DNA of 64,000 nt from a virus (taxonomy: Duplodnaviria; Heunggongvirae; Uroviricota; Caudoviricetes), in IMG/VR virus record IMGVR_UViG_3300027770_000034. One strand, given 5' to 3'. The notes below the pieces were generated by a model. The model saw only the letters and a list, made by a program, of their open reading frames with translations. It did not search any database and had not been told where the DNA came from. Below are positions 1 to 9,566 of the stretch, piece after piece. The position numbers and the translations under genes were made by a program. Position 1 is the first letter of the stretch. Every line of letters begins with the position of its first letter.

Positions 1-169
1 CAATTGCAAAGGCAAGTAAAATTCTTAATTCATTAGATGAATCTAAGGAAAATAAGAAAGAAAAACTTGTTAACGAAGAGATGAGTAAGATGAAAAATTT
101 GATTTCTTATAGTAGAAAAACTCAGTAAAAATTCACAATTATAATTATTTAACTATATTCTCCATAGAT

Positions 170-634
170 ATGTCTATGGAGAATTTTTTTAATTGGATGT
201 CCAAACCAGTCCCTAAAGATGAAGTTATTATTTGGTTCAATGTTCATAATATGAATTATGAAAAAATTGAACTATTCGGTGATATTTTTAAATCACTGAA
301 TCAAATTGTGCTCGATACCTACATGGGTGATGATATTAAGGAAACAAAAATATCAATGACACTTGAGGATAAGGAACTACATTTTGAATGGTGTTGGAAA
401 AAAACTATTGATGACTTTATGAAAGAGGGGATTGAAATTAATTCCGAAGGAGAACATAAAAATTATTTTAAAGGATTTTATTTAGATACGTTTTATAATC
501 CCAATGAGAAAAATGTCAGAGATGAAATACCTACTTTCGTATATGATGTTTTTGATGTTGACAAACAATTTACAAAATCAGATTTAGACATATTAACCGA
601 ACTTTATAAGTTGTTGGAAAAAAATATAGAATGA
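170..634 (+). CDS. hypothetical protein
   Basis: 154-aa ORF; no recognisable motif. Coding periodicity and lack of competing ORFs support it. Confidence 0.5.
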   Translation: MSMENFFNWMSKPVPKDEVIIWFNVHNMNYEKIELFGDIFKSLNQIVLDTYMGDDIKETKISMTLEDKELHFEWCWKKTIDDFMKEGIEINSEGEHKNYFKGFYLDTFYNPNEKNVRDEIPTFVYDVFDVDKQFTKSDLDILTELYKLLEKNIE

Positions 635-715
635 AAAAAACCTCATTTCTATTTACACCAGCATAATAAAAGTTAATATTTTCATATTAATAAACAACTT
701 TAATAATTTCAAAAG

Positions 716-898
716 ATGGAAACATTAGAAAAAATCAAAGAATTAACTGAAGTTCTTTCTGTTGACAGTACCAAATTCTTCAAAGGAAATAAAAGTGCTG
801 GTACAAGAGCAAGAAAAACTGCACAAGAACTAAAGGCTCTCTTACAAAAACTAAGAGGTGAAATTCTAGAACACAACAAGACAGGCGAGAATGCATAA
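716..898 (+). CDS. histone H1-like small basic DNA-binding protein (Bacteroidetes type)
   Basis: 60-aa Lys/Arg-rich protein with FFKGNKSAGTRARKTAQELKALLQKLRGEIL. This matches the small histone-H1-like proteins common in Flavobacteria and Bacteroides (KGNKAAGTR..R...QELK.L.QE.R). Confidence 0.55.
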   Translation: METLEKIKELTEVLSVDSTKFFKGNKSAGTRARKTAQELKALLQKLRGEILEHNKTGENA

Positions 899-1079
899 TA
901 TTGAAACGATATATCTTTTTGTATTTGTATTCACAATATTAGTGTCATTAAAAAATGTCACAAAGTTTATAGGTGCCCTGTTACAGAAAGAACCAAAACC
1001 TTTGGTTTACAGTAACAGGGAACTTATATTTTTGGGGTTATCAATAAGTTACATAATCACATATATTATTTCAAGATGA
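891..1079 (+). CDS. small hydrophobic hypothetical protein
   Basis: 62-aa ORF that overlaps neighbours by 8 and 4 nt, suggesting translational coupling. Two hydrophobic segments. Confidence 0.3.
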   Translation: MHNIETIYLFVFVFTILVSLKNVTKFIGALLQKEPKPLVYSNRELIFLGLSISYIITYIISR

Positions 1080-1585
1080 GTTTTTACAAACAAATATTAC
1101 CATTTATTGAATATGTCCATTCAATAAGAAAACTTAAAAATTACTTAAGTTTTGACATGGTGTTTCCAACAAAATGGTCTTTACCAAAGAGTTTGGTAGA
1201 GGAAGGTCAAATCGTAGGATTTGAAACCGAAGGTGCTGACACAAAAGGAATTTCATTTGTTGCGGAAATTTCAGATACATCTGTCAATGAGATATTAACA
1301 AAAATTGCTAAGGTTATTAAATTAAATAAAGAAAAAGAGTTAAAAGAAAAACTTTTCCGTCAAACTGTTGAACAACTAAAACAAACATTTGAAAAAACAG
1401 ATTTGGAAAGACTTCAAAATCTTTATTTTGATTTTGACATTAACGAAGAAACTAATTTAGACATTCATGAGCCAAGCGAAACAGAACCAGAGGATAATAA
1501 ATTGGCTGGAGAGCGAGAAGAGAAAGGACCAAAGAGAACTAGACCTTCAAAAAAAGCTTCTGGTACAACAGATAACGAAGATTAA
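1076..1585 (+). CDS. hypothetical protein with basic C-terminal tail
   Basis: 169-aa ORF. C-terminus GPKRTRPSKKASG suggests nucleic-acid binding. Confidence 0.5.
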   Translation: MSFYKQILPFIEYVHSIRKLKNYLSFDMVFPTKWSLPKSLVEEGQIVGFETEGADTKGISFVAEISDTSVNEILTKIAKVIKLNKEKELKEKLFRQTVEQLKQTFEKTDLERLQNLYFDFDINEETNLDIHEPSETEPEDNKLAGEREEKGPKRTRPSKKASGTTDNED

Positions 1586-1624
1586 TAAAAAGGATATATT
1601 TCCTGAACCAAAAAAAATAAGTTT

Positions 1625-1870
1625 ATGGCAAAAGCTAAAAGTAATGATATTGGGGACTTAGAGAAATTAGCATTAATTGCTGAGTCAGTCCAAACAATTT
1701 TTATTGGAAAGGCAACAATTGTTTTTGAATTAGAAAAGAAAGAATACAAAAGAGTCATTAATCACTTTAGAGAGATAGACAGACAACACAAACAATTCTC
1801 AATTGATATTTCAGGAACTGAATTCCACTTTATTTTGGCTGAGGAGATGAAGAAGGAGGAAGAGAAGTAA
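1625..1870 (+). CDS. hypothetical protein
   Basis: 81-aa ORF. Confidence 0.4.
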   Translation: MAKAKSNDIGDLEKLALIAESVQTIFIGKATIVFELEKKEYKRVINHFREIDRQHKQFSIDISGTEFHFILAEEMKKEEEK

Positions 1871-2489
1871 ATTTTCTATATAAGATTTTTTTAGAGATAC
1901 CTTTAGATTCTAACAAATCATAAAGGTATTTTTTTTGCGGTGTTGAATGGTCCTTAACAAACAAACAATCCCCTCTTTTATTTTTGAAGAAATAAAGGGA
2001 CAAACAATCCAAGAATCTTTGAGACTCAGATTCAGATTTGGTGGTAAACAAATGAATTTTTTCTTCTTCCTGTACAATAATTTTATTATTGAGAGATGAT
2101 ATCATCTTCATACCAACACCTTTCAAATATTTTGAAATTAATTCCTGAGAAGTTATCTTCTTTTTCTTATCAATGTCGTAAATTGTTTCTTCTTTCTTAT
2201 ATGGTGCAATCTGAAATAAAGTCATACCATCTTCTTCTAGTTTAACCTTAACCGAACGACCAAACTCATCAGTAATATAAACAGGTATTAGTTGTCTTGA
2301 ACTCATTTCAACAATACCAAGTTCATATCTACATGGCTTTCCATTCTCCACTTCGGTATTGAAAATAACCTCATCAGATTTTTTTATTAAACCGTCATAA
2401 AAAAGTTTTGCCTTTTTATGTGTAATAAACTTCTTTATTATTCTTTTTCTGTTTTTATCCTTAAACAATACTACCATGTAGTTAGCCAT
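1830..2489 (-). CDS. hypothetical protein
   Basis: Minus-strand ORF. Start trimmed to the internal ATG (MANYMVV...) at 2487-2489, so it sits divergent from dnaJ with a 2-nt spacer rather than overlapping it by 80 nt. Confidence 0.45.
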   Translation of the reverse strand: MANYMVVLFKDKNRKRIIKKFITHKKAKLFYDGLIKKSDEVIFNTEVENGKPCRYELGIVEMSSRQLIPVYITDEFGRSVKVKLEEDGMTLFQIAPYKKEETIYDIDKKKKITSQELISKYLKGVGMKMISSLNNKIIVQEEEKIHLFTTKSESESQRFLDCLSLYFFKNKRGDCLFVKDHSTPQKKYLYDLLESKGISKKILYRKFTSLPPSSSPQPK

Positions 2490-2491
2490 AT

Positions 2492-3412
2492 ATGAAAGAT
2501 TACTACAAAATTTTAGAAGTTGAAGAGAATTCGTCCGATGACGACATAAAAAAAAGTTATAGGACTCTCTCAAAGAAATATCATCCAGATATGAATCCTG
2601 ATGGCGCGGAGAAGTTTAAAGAGATTGCTGAGGCTTATGAAATATTGGGTGACAAGACAAAAAGAACTCAATACAACACATCAAAAAGTAATCCATACGC
2701 GGGCACACCATTCCAAGATATATTTAATACAATGTTCACTCAACAGAACAACCCTAACTTTAGACATAGAAAATCCGTACCTGATAAAATAATTAAGTTA
2801 CAGGTTACTCCAATTGAATCATACAATGGAAATGAGAAAACTTTATACTATGTAAGAGATTTAGGTTGTAATATTTGTAGTGGGTCTGGTGGTGACCAAC
2901 AAGTTTGTACAACATGTAATGGAGCAGGATTCCAAGTAAGACAATTCGGAACAGGATTTATGGTTCAACAAGTAAGAACTCAATGTCAAACTTGTGGTGG
3001 TAAAGGATACACCTTAATTCATAAATGTTATTATTGTGATGGTAGAGGAACAAAACCTACATCCAATGAAGTTAAAATAACATTACCTCTTGGGGTGGAT
3101 AGTGGTCAGTATCTAAAACTACAAGACTTAGGTGATTATAGAAATGGTGAGTTTGGTGACCTAATTGTTCAAATAGAAGTTATAAACAAAGATGGTTATG
3201 AAAAAATAAACAACGATTTGATTTATAATCTTACGTTAAACTTAGATGAAATTCAACAAGACAAGTTTTTAATACCACATCCAGATGGTAACTTGAACAT
3301 GGATGCACCAAAAGTATTTGACACCTCAAGACCTTTAAGATTAAAAGGAAAAGGATATACTGGTGGGGATATGTATGTTAGACTGAATGTTAAGTTTGAA
3401 AGAACTACTTAA
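2492..3412 (+). CDS. dnaJ: DnaJ-like co-chaperone (J domain plus Cys-rich zinc-finger domain)
   Basis: N-terminal J domain: YYKILEV...KKSYRTLSKKYHPDMNPD...FKEIAEAYEILGDKTKR, with HPD motif. Four CxxCxGxG repeats (CNICSGSG, CTTCNGAG, CQTCGGKG, CYYCDGRG). Confidence 0.8.
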   Translation: MKDYYKILEVEENSSDDDIKKSYRTLSKKYHPDMNPDGAEKFKEIAEAYEILGDKTKRTQYNTSKSNPYAGTPFQDIFNTMFTQQNNPNFRHRKSVPDKIIKLQVTPIESYNGNEKTLYYVRDLGCNICSGSGGDQQVCTTCNGAGFQVRQFGTGFMVQQVRTQCQTCGGKGYTLIHKCYYCDGRGTKPTSNEVKITLPLGVDSGQYLKLQDLGDYRNGEFGDLIVQIEVINKDGYEKINNDLIYNLTLNLDEIQQDKFLIPHPDGNLNMDAPKVFDTSRPLRLKGKGYTGGDMYVRLNVKFERTT

Positions 3413-3550
3413 ACAAAGATATTAAATCTTTAACAATTTCAATACTACCATAGATAGTTGCAAACAAAACGTATGTACCTAAAACAATAACTCCAATATG
3501 TTTGTAGGAACTGGTTTTACTACATTTTTTACATTCTTTTTCTGCCATAA
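3410..3550 (-). CDS. possible small membrane protein with CxxC
   Basis: A 47-aa minus-strand ORF (MAEKECKKCSKTSSYKHIGVIVLGTYVLFATIY...) lies in the dnaJ-dam intergenic region. It is below the ORF-track cutoff and was read by eye. Confidence 0.25.
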
Positions 3551-3617
3551 TTTTAATTTATAATAAATAATACAAAAAAAATTTGCCTTTTCAATATTTT
3601 GTTTTATTATTAGTAAC

Positions 3618-4457
3618 ATGTTAAGTTATATAGGAGGAAAATCAAAAATTGGTAAATGGATAGTTCCATTCTACCCACAAGACATGGAAACATATGTTGA
3701 GACATTCGGTGGTATGTTTTGGTGTTTCTATAACACGGATTTGTCACAATATCCAAATTTAAAGAGAGTCGTTTATAATGACTTTAATCCATTGAACCAT
3801 AATCTTTTTAAGTGTGTTCAGAACCCATCAGAGCTCCAAAGAGCGTTGGATGGAATATCTGTTCAACAGTTGGGAGTTACAGTTACACCACCTGAATTCA
3901 AAGAGAAATTTGTGGAGTATCAAAGAGAATTGTTCAGTAGTGGATTTACAATAAACTATCCTGACTATGAGGTAGCCGCCAAATACGCATACGTCCTCAC
4001 ACAGGTCTTTTCTGGTAGTAAGCCTGAGACTTCATCGTTTATTGATTTGAAGGGAAAATACAGGTCCAAATACCTTTCATTTAGGGACAAATTATCAAAA
4101 CCTGCATGGATTGCACATTTTGATAAAATAACCCATGTTGAAAATTTAGATTTTGAAGATGTTATCAGAAAATATGATTCACCAACAACTTACATTTATT
4201 TGGACCCTCCCTATTGGAAGACTGAGAATTATTATAATAACCATGATTTTGACCGAGAAGACCATGAAAGACTTGGAAATGTTTTAAATTCAGTTCAAGG
4301 TAAATTTAGTCTATCATATTATGATTTTCCTTTATTACATGATTGGTTTCCCGAAAATACGTTCAGATGGGAACGTAAAGAATTTGCTAAAGCCGCTGCC
4401 GCGAAAAAAAATGTCAAACAAAATATGGGTGAAGAGCTGTTGATATTGAATTATTAA
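3618..4457 (+). CDS. dam: Dam-like N6-adenine DNA methyltransferase (D12 class)
   Basis: N-terminal YIGGKSKIGKWIVPFYP (SAM/Dam motif) and catalytic IYLDPPYW (DPPY) motif. Confidence 0.85.
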   Translation: MLSYIGGKSKIGKWIVPFYPQDMETYVETFGGMFWCFYNTDLSQYPNLKRVVYNDFNPLNHNLFKCVQNPSELQRALDGISVQQLGVTVTPPEFKEKFVEYQRELFSSGFTINYPDYEVAAKYAYVLTQVFSGSKPETSSFIDLKGKYRSKYLSFRDKLSKPAWIAHFDKITHVENLDFEDVIRKYDSPTTYIYLDPPYWKTENYYNNHDFDREDHERLGNVLNSVQGKFSLSYYDFPLLHDWFPENTFRWERKEFAKAAAAKKNVKQNMGEELLILNY

Positions 4458-4501
4458 CTATTTTTGCTTTCACAATATATTTATAATATAAATTAACGGT
4501 A

Positions 4502-5821
4502 ATGAGATTCACGTCAATATTAAGACAAGTAATACTTGAGCAATCAAGATTTGAAATTTTGAGAGATACCTTAACAAAGGCAACTCAAGATAAAGAGGGT
4601 AAAAAGGTTAAAGCTAGAATGACTCCCCAAGAGTTTTTGGCGATTGTACAAGCTGACCCTACAACCAAAATGAATAATATTGACCCTGAAACGGCTAATT
4701 CTAAAGAACTTGAGAAAATCAAGGCGGGAAAATATGTACAGTGGTTACTTAAAAATTATTTGACTCCAAAGACTGAAAGACAACTTGGTGACAGTGGATA
4801 TGAGAAAGAAGTAAAACAAGTTAAGGAAACTTTTATGGAGGATTTGTACAAAGTTACAGATGACCTTAAGAAGTTTGATAGATTTAAAGGAAAACTTCCA
4901 GCTGAGGCTAGAGATATTAATAAATTAACTCCTGATACATTGTATGATGCGGTTAAGGATTTTGATTTAACATTGGCATCAACAACAAAGGCTGAAAGAA
5001 AATCTGCAGAGGTTCATCCAGGTGCTAAGTTAATGTATGATGGTGATAATTGGAGAGTTATTGAAATTAAAGATAAAGGCGTTGTTGGTAAAGAGGCGGC
5101 TTGTTTCTATGGAGGTAATAACCAAGAGACAAGATGGTGTACATCAGCTCCAGGAGCTTCATGGTTTGATAGATATATCAAAGACGGTCCTTTATATGTT
5201 ATATTTAATCCAAATGATACAGATGTATCACCTACAACAGGATTACCTAAAAATCGTTATCAATTCCATTTCCCATCAAATCAATTCATGGATAAGGATG
5301 ACCGTCAACAAGATTTAGTTCAATTACTTAATGGACCAATGGCTGAGTTGAAAGATTTCTTTAAACCTGAGTTTGCTAAAGGATTGACTGTTGGTGGACA
5401 AAAGTTGGTTATTGATAGTTTCAGTCATGGAGCAATTGGTAAATTTATTGCACTTTATGGTTTAGATGATTTAATTAATAACTTACCTGATACTTTAGAA
5501 GAATTCCAAATTCAAAATAGAGATAATAAGAGTGACATCACTATTAAAATCCCTGAACAAATTGGAAGATTTAAAGACTTACATATGATTCTTTTGGATA
5601 ACTGTATTGAATCTGTTCCTGATGCGATTTGCACATTACCTAAACTTAGATTTTTAGCTCTAATTAATAATCCTAAGTTAACTTCAATTCCTGAATGTAT
5701 TGTAGACTTACCAAGTCTTTATTTCTTGAATTTGAAAGGTTCATCAAATGTTCAAGTACCTGAAGCAATTAAGGCTAAAGGAACTGACATGGGTGGAGGA
5801 ATGTGGGACCTTCAAGACTAA
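4502..5821 (+). CDS. hypothetical protein with shared Cys/Trp domain and C-terminal leucine-rich repeats
   Basis: Central CFYGGNNQETRWCTSAPG...DGPLYVIFN block is paralogous to the protein at 19349..21109. C-terminus has LRR-like LxxLxLxxNxKLTSIPE repeats. Confidence 0.6.
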   Translation: MRFTSILRQVILEQSRFEILRDTLTKATQDKEGKKVKARMTPQEFLAIVQADPTTKMNNIDPETANSKELEKIKAGKYVQWLLKNYLTPKTERQLGDSGYEKEVKQVKETFMEDLYKVTDDLKKFDRFKGKLPAEARDINKLTPDTLYDAVKDFDLTLASTTKAERKSAEVHPGAKLMYDGDNWRVIEIKDKGVVGKEAACFYGGNNQETRWCTSAPGASWFDRYIKDGPLYVIFNPNDTDVSPTTGLPKNRYQFHFPSNQFMDKDDRQQDLVQLLNGPMAELKDFFKPEFAKGLTVGGQKLVIDSFSHGAIGKFIALYGLDDLINNLPDTLEEFQIQNRDNKSDITIKIPEQIGRFKDLHMILLDNCIESVPDAICTLPKLRFLALINNPKLTSIPECIVDLPSLYFLNLKGSSNVQVPEAIKAKGTDMGGGMWDLQD

Positions 5822-5844
5822 TTCTTAACTAAAATTTTAATACC

Positions 5845-6126
5845 ATGAGTGTTGATGTTGAAATATACATGAATAACATTGTAAAATTCTTCAAAGAGAA
5901 TCCAAAAGATTTACTTAATCTAGTACCCAAAAGTAAAGAAGAAGAATTCTATGTTAAAATTCGTGAGATTGCTTTATTGAATGCCGAAAAAGGTGAAGAT
6001 GCAAATTTAACCCAAAAACAATTGACGGAAATTTGTGTTGTTTTAAATGGTAAGCATCCAATTATAGACAAAAAAATTAAAGGAATTTTCATTGAGACCA
6101 AATACGGTCAAATTTGTTTAAATTAA
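5845..6126 (+). CDS. hypothetical protein
   Basis: 93-aa ORF. Confidence 0.45.
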   Translation: MSVDVEIYMNNIVKFFKENPKDLLNLVPKSKEEEFYVKIREIALLNAEKGEDANLTQKQLTEICVVLNGKHPIIDKKIKGIFIETKYGQICLN

Positions 6127-6153
6127 TTTTTTGGCAGTTTAAAATATTGTCCT

Positions 6154-6161
6154 TATCTTTG
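6154..6161 (+). promoter_or_regulatory. Bacteroidetes-type -7 promoter element TATCTTTG
   Basis: TAnnTTTG consensus lies 19 nt upstream of the ATG at 6181. The same 8-mer recurs upstream of other genes in this window. Confidence 0.55.
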
Positions 6162-6180
6162 TATTCTTAAACAATAAGAT

Positions 6181-6930
6181 ATGTTATCAATAGAAACCCT
6201 ACAGGAAGTTGCCCCTTCAGTATTCGCAACAAGTCCATCACCCAAGATGTCTGACAAGTATACCTTCGTTCCAACAATTGAAGTTATTGAAAACTTTGAT
6301 AGAGAAGGTTGGAAGGTTTATTCAGCCAAACAAGTCGGTAAAGGAAATTATGCTCAACACGAGCTTCGCCTTCGTAATGGTGAATTACCTCAAGTTGGTG
6401 ATTCATTGATTGAGGCTGTAATCAGAAACTCTCATAATGGAATTAGTTCCTTCTCTGTGAGTTCAGGTTTACACAGATTGGTATGTTCTAATGGACTTAC
6501 CGTTCCTACCTCAGTTGCTGACGCAATTTCAGTTAGACACATGAATTTTGACTTGGGTATGGTGAGAGAAATCACAGACCAATTTGCTGAAAGATTACCT
6601 GTCATTCAGAGGTCTGTTGGAAAGATGGAAACAACATTCTTAAGTGAAGGACAACTAGTTGACTTCGTAAACAAATCAGCAATGATTCGTTGGGAAAAAG
6701 GTTCAATACCTAAGTTCAAATTAGAAGACTTCTTACGTCCCGAAAGAGATGGTGATGTTGGTAACAGTGTATGGAAGACCTTCAATGTAATTCAAGAAAA
6801 GTTCGTTCGTGGTGGAATGAAGTACAATTCAAAAAAAGGAAGAGTCGTTTCTATGAGAGAGTTGAAAAACTTTTATAACATCAACAAGGTTAACACGGGC
6901 TTGTGGGAGTTGGCAGAAACTTATTGTTAA
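6181..6930 (+). CDS. DUF932 domain protein
   Basis: N-terminus LSIETLQEVAPSVFATSPSPKMSDKYTFVPTIEVIENFDREGWKV...QHELRLR matches the DUF932 signature (APSIFA...S.RY.FIPT..V...L...G...). Confidence 0.55.
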   Translation: MLSIETLQEVAPSVFATSPSPKMSDKYTFVPTIEVIENFDREGWKVYSAKQVGKGNYAQHELRLRNGELPQVGDSLIEAVIRNSHNGISSFSVSSGLHRLVCSNGLTVPTSVADAISVRHMNFDLGMVREITDQFAERLPVIQRSVGKMETTFLSEGQLVDFVNKSAMIRWEKGSIPKFKLEDFLRPERDGDVGNSVWKTFNVIQEKFVRGGMKYNSKKGRVVSMRELKNFYNINKVNTGLWELAETYC

Positions 6931-6937
6931 AAATAGA

Positions 6938-6964
6938 TGGGAGACATTGTCTCCCATTTTTATT
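6938..6964 (+). terminator. Rho-independent terminator
   Basis: GGGAGACATTGTCTCCC hairpin followed by TTTTATTTT. Confidence 0.7.
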
Positions 6965-6969
6965 TTCCT

Positions 6970-6977
6970 TATCTTTG
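6970..6977 (+). promoter_or_regulatory. Bacteroidetes-type -7 promoter element TATCTTTG
   Basis: TAnnTTTG lies immediately upstream of ATGATG at 6980, so the mRNA may be leaderless or near-leaderless. Confidence 0.45.
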
Positions 6978-6979
6978 CA

Positions 6980-8614
6980 ATGATGAAAGAAGAAATCTAC
7001 AAAAAAAATTTTGAGAAATATACTTGTGTAAAATACAAAGACCAAAATCCGATTGGTAATAGAATAAAAGACATGTATGACCCGACTGAGAAACATCCAT
7101 TCTTTGAAATGGAAGAATCTTTTGAAGGGGAAGAGCATTTTAATAAAAACTTTTCCAATCAAATATATTCAGTAATGAAAACATATGTTATGTTGGTTGT
7201 TGAAAAAAATGGGGATAAAGTAGTATTCAAATTTTTCCAAGGTTCAAAATGGAGAAGAGAAGGTAAACCGTGGTTCAAGGTTGTTAAAGATGTAAATTAC
7301 ATTTCAGTTAATACCAAGACTGGAGATGTTTATCATGGTCATATAAAAAACTATCAGAAGAAAACAAAATGTTCTAAGATGATTAGAAGGAATTGTTTTT
7401 TTATGGACCCGCTCAACACAATTAAATCTCACGCTAAAAACATGTTAAGTCAATTTACGGATAAAGCTTATGAGGAGGTTATGATGGCGTTTTCTGAATT
7501 TATGTTTCAGATAGACCAAAGAAATGATTTTCAAAATTTAACATATGGGGATAGGTTATTTAGATTTTATTTGGACAAAAGAAACATTAAGTACCCAAAT
7601 AATTTTGGGATATATACACATGAATTTATGGGTCCTGAGATTAAAAAAATCTTAAAGAAAAATAATAATAGATTAGTAGATTCTTTAATGATAAAACATC
7701 AACTATCGGGCAAAAAACTAAAGAAAGCATTACATTCTTGTACTAGATTGAATATGGTTATTTATCAAACAGCAAGAAATTTATTCGGAGATGATTGGTT
7801 AAACCAAGATGATGATAATGTTATTATAGACTTATTAGATTCTGCAGTTGGTAACATAACTATACCACCATTATTCATTGAACTCATCTCAAAGGAAGAA
7901 TTAAAAAAGGTTTACAGGTTGTTTAAACAAGTATACATACATCAAGATTTAGATGCATTTACATTTCAAGACCATGTACGGATGTATGCTGAACTTAAAA
8001 TGTATGGGGAACAAGATTTAAAATGGACTTCATTTGAAGATAAAAATGAGTTTAGGGAGGAACACCTGGATTGGACCGATAGACTTCAACATTATAAACA
8101 AGGAGAGTATACCAGACACTATCCTGAATATATGTATGAGATGATATCTCAACCGTTATATGATGATTTTTATCCTGTGCTTTTAGATACAAGTTCAAAA
8201 TACAATGAGGAGAGTAGTTATCAGTCCAACTGTGTTAAAGGATATATTGGAAAGGCTGGTTGTTTAATTATTTCTGTGATATGTGGGAAGTTCTTGGTGC
8301 AAGAAAGGGCAACTATTGAATATCGGTTGACCATGAAGGATGGATTGGTACATGCTGATAGGGTTCAAAGTTTGGGTAAGTTCAATCAGAAATTGGAGAC
8401 TCATTGGGATACAGTTCTATTGAAATTGGATAAACAAGTATTATCTTGTGTAAGAGATGAAAGATTTGAATCTGTAAAACTGACCAAGAAATGTAACAAT
8501 GGGGTAATTCTTAATTCGGATACTTATTGGAACAACGATGGTAACTTGAGATGGGTGGTTCAAAATATTGACAACAGTTACAATTCATTTCTTTATCAAA
8601 ATATGGAATTTTAA
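6980..8614 (+). CDS. hypothetical protein
   Basis: Long ORF. Start moved to the first ATG after the terminator and promoter (MMKEEIYKK...). No recognisable domain. Confidence 0.55.
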   Translation: MMKEEIYKKNFEKYTCVKYKDQNPIGNRIKDMYDPTEKHPFFEMEESFEGEEHFNKNFSNQIYSVMKTYVMLVVEKNGDKVVFKFFQGSKWRREGKPWFKVVKDVNYISVNTKTGDVYHGHIKNYQKKTKCSKMIRRNCFFMDPLNTIKSHAKNMLSQFTDKAYEEVMMAFSEFMFQIDQRNDFQNLTYGDRLFRFYLDKRNIKYPNNFGIYTHEFMGPEIKKILKKNNNRLVDSLMIKHQLSGKKLKKALHSCTRLNMVIYQTARNLFGDDWLNQDDDNVIIDLLDSAVGNITIPPLFIELISKEELKKVYRLFKQVYIHQDLDAFTFQDHVRMYAELKMYGEQDLKWTSFEDKNEFREEHLDWTDRLQHYKQGEYTRHYPEYMYEMISQPLYDDFYPVLLDTSSKYNEESSYQSNCVKGYIGKAGCLIISVICGKFLVQERATIEYRLTMKDGLVHADRVQSLGKFNQKLETHWDTVLLKLDKQVLSCVRDERFESVKLTKKCNNGVILNSDTYWNNDGNLRWVVQNIDNSYNSFLYQNMEF

Positions 8615-8967
8615 TGAACAAACCAGAGTACATACAAAATTTAGAATCAAAAGAAGATGTCTTTTCAGTTATGGTTGGCCCAATCCTGAAAGGAGAATTT
8701 TTAAAATTTTTAAATGACAAGAAACTAACAAGAGTTTATGAAAAATCATCAATGAATGAAAGTGGTATTGTAAAATTTGAAGAGGTGATTTTCAAAAGCC
8801 AACAAAACTTTTATTTATGTATTGAAATAAAGGTAAACCCAAATGTGGATACAAGTTTCAATTTAACTATTTATTATAAAACAGGACAATACAGTGAGTT
8901 GTATTTGTTCTTATCACAATTATTAAAACAATATAAAAATGCAACAACTAACAACAGAACAACTTAA
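8614..8967 (+). CDS. hypothetical protein
   Basis: 117-aa ORF coupled to the upstream gene (ATGA overlap). Confidence 0.45.
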   Translation: MNKPEYIQNLESKEDVFSVMVGPILKGEFLKFLNDKKLTRVYEKSSMNESGIVKFEEVIFKSQQNFYLCIEIKVNPNVDTSFNLTIYYKTGQYSELYLFLSQLLKQYKNATTNNRTT

Positions 8968-9262
8968 ACAAAAAATGCAGAATGGGGAAGACTTTGTCTT
9001 GGACTTATTCGCAACATGGTGTGGACCTTGCAAAGTAATGTTAAACAATCTTTCAAAGGTTAATGAATCATTGATAAATGAATCGGCAGGAGCGCCAAAA
9101 TATAGTATCTACAAGTATGACATTGACACAGATAAAGAGTTTGTTATTACTGAGTTAGGTATTAGAAGTGTACCAACCATAAAAATATACAAAGGGGGTA
9201 AAGAGGTTTTTTCAAGACCAGGTGTTATGACTCCAGGAGAAGTATTAAGTTTATTAGATTAA
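8939..9262 (+). CDS. trx: thioredoxin
   Basis: Active-site WCGPC motif with a thioredoxin-fold-length protein of 107 aa. Confidence 0.8.
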   Translation: MQQLTTEQLKQKMQNGEDFVLDLFATWCGPCKVMLNNLSKVNESLINESAGAPKYSIYKYDIDTDKEFVITELGIRSVPTIKIYKGGKEVFSRPGVMTPGEVLSLLD

Positions 9263-9263
9263 T

Positions 9264-9566
9264 ATGAAAGACTTAAATGTAATAGTTTACACAATGAAAG
9301 GATGTCCTTTCTGTGACCAATTCAAGGAAATGTTAGTTAAAGAAAGTATTGAATTTTTTGACAGAGACATTGACAAGTATAAAGATGAGTATGATACCTA
9401 TTCAAAGATAACTGAAAATGATATGATACCAGCTTTACTAATAATTGAAGGAAATGGGAAAGACTATGAGTCATTCCTATATGCACCTGATAGAAACTAT
9501 ATGGAGCTAACTGAAGCTGTTGATATTATTAACCAACATAGAAAGAAAATCGGATTAATTAAATAA
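9264..9566 (+). CDS. glutaredoxin/NrdH-like redoxin
   Basis: N-terminal VYTMKGCPFCDQFKEML (CPxC redox motif) in a 100-aa protein. Confidence 0.7.
   Translation: MKDLNVIVYTMKGCPFCDQFKEMLVKESIEFFDRDIDKYKDEYDTYSKITENDMIPALLIIEGNGKDYESFLYAPDRNYMELTEAVDIINQHRKKIGLIK

Noticed and set aside
5037-7162. Nested ORFs 5037..5318, 6209..6409 and 6890..7162(-).
   Set aside because: Entirely inside or antisense to longer, better-supported genes (4502..5821, 6181..6930, 6980..8614). Biased composition without start context.
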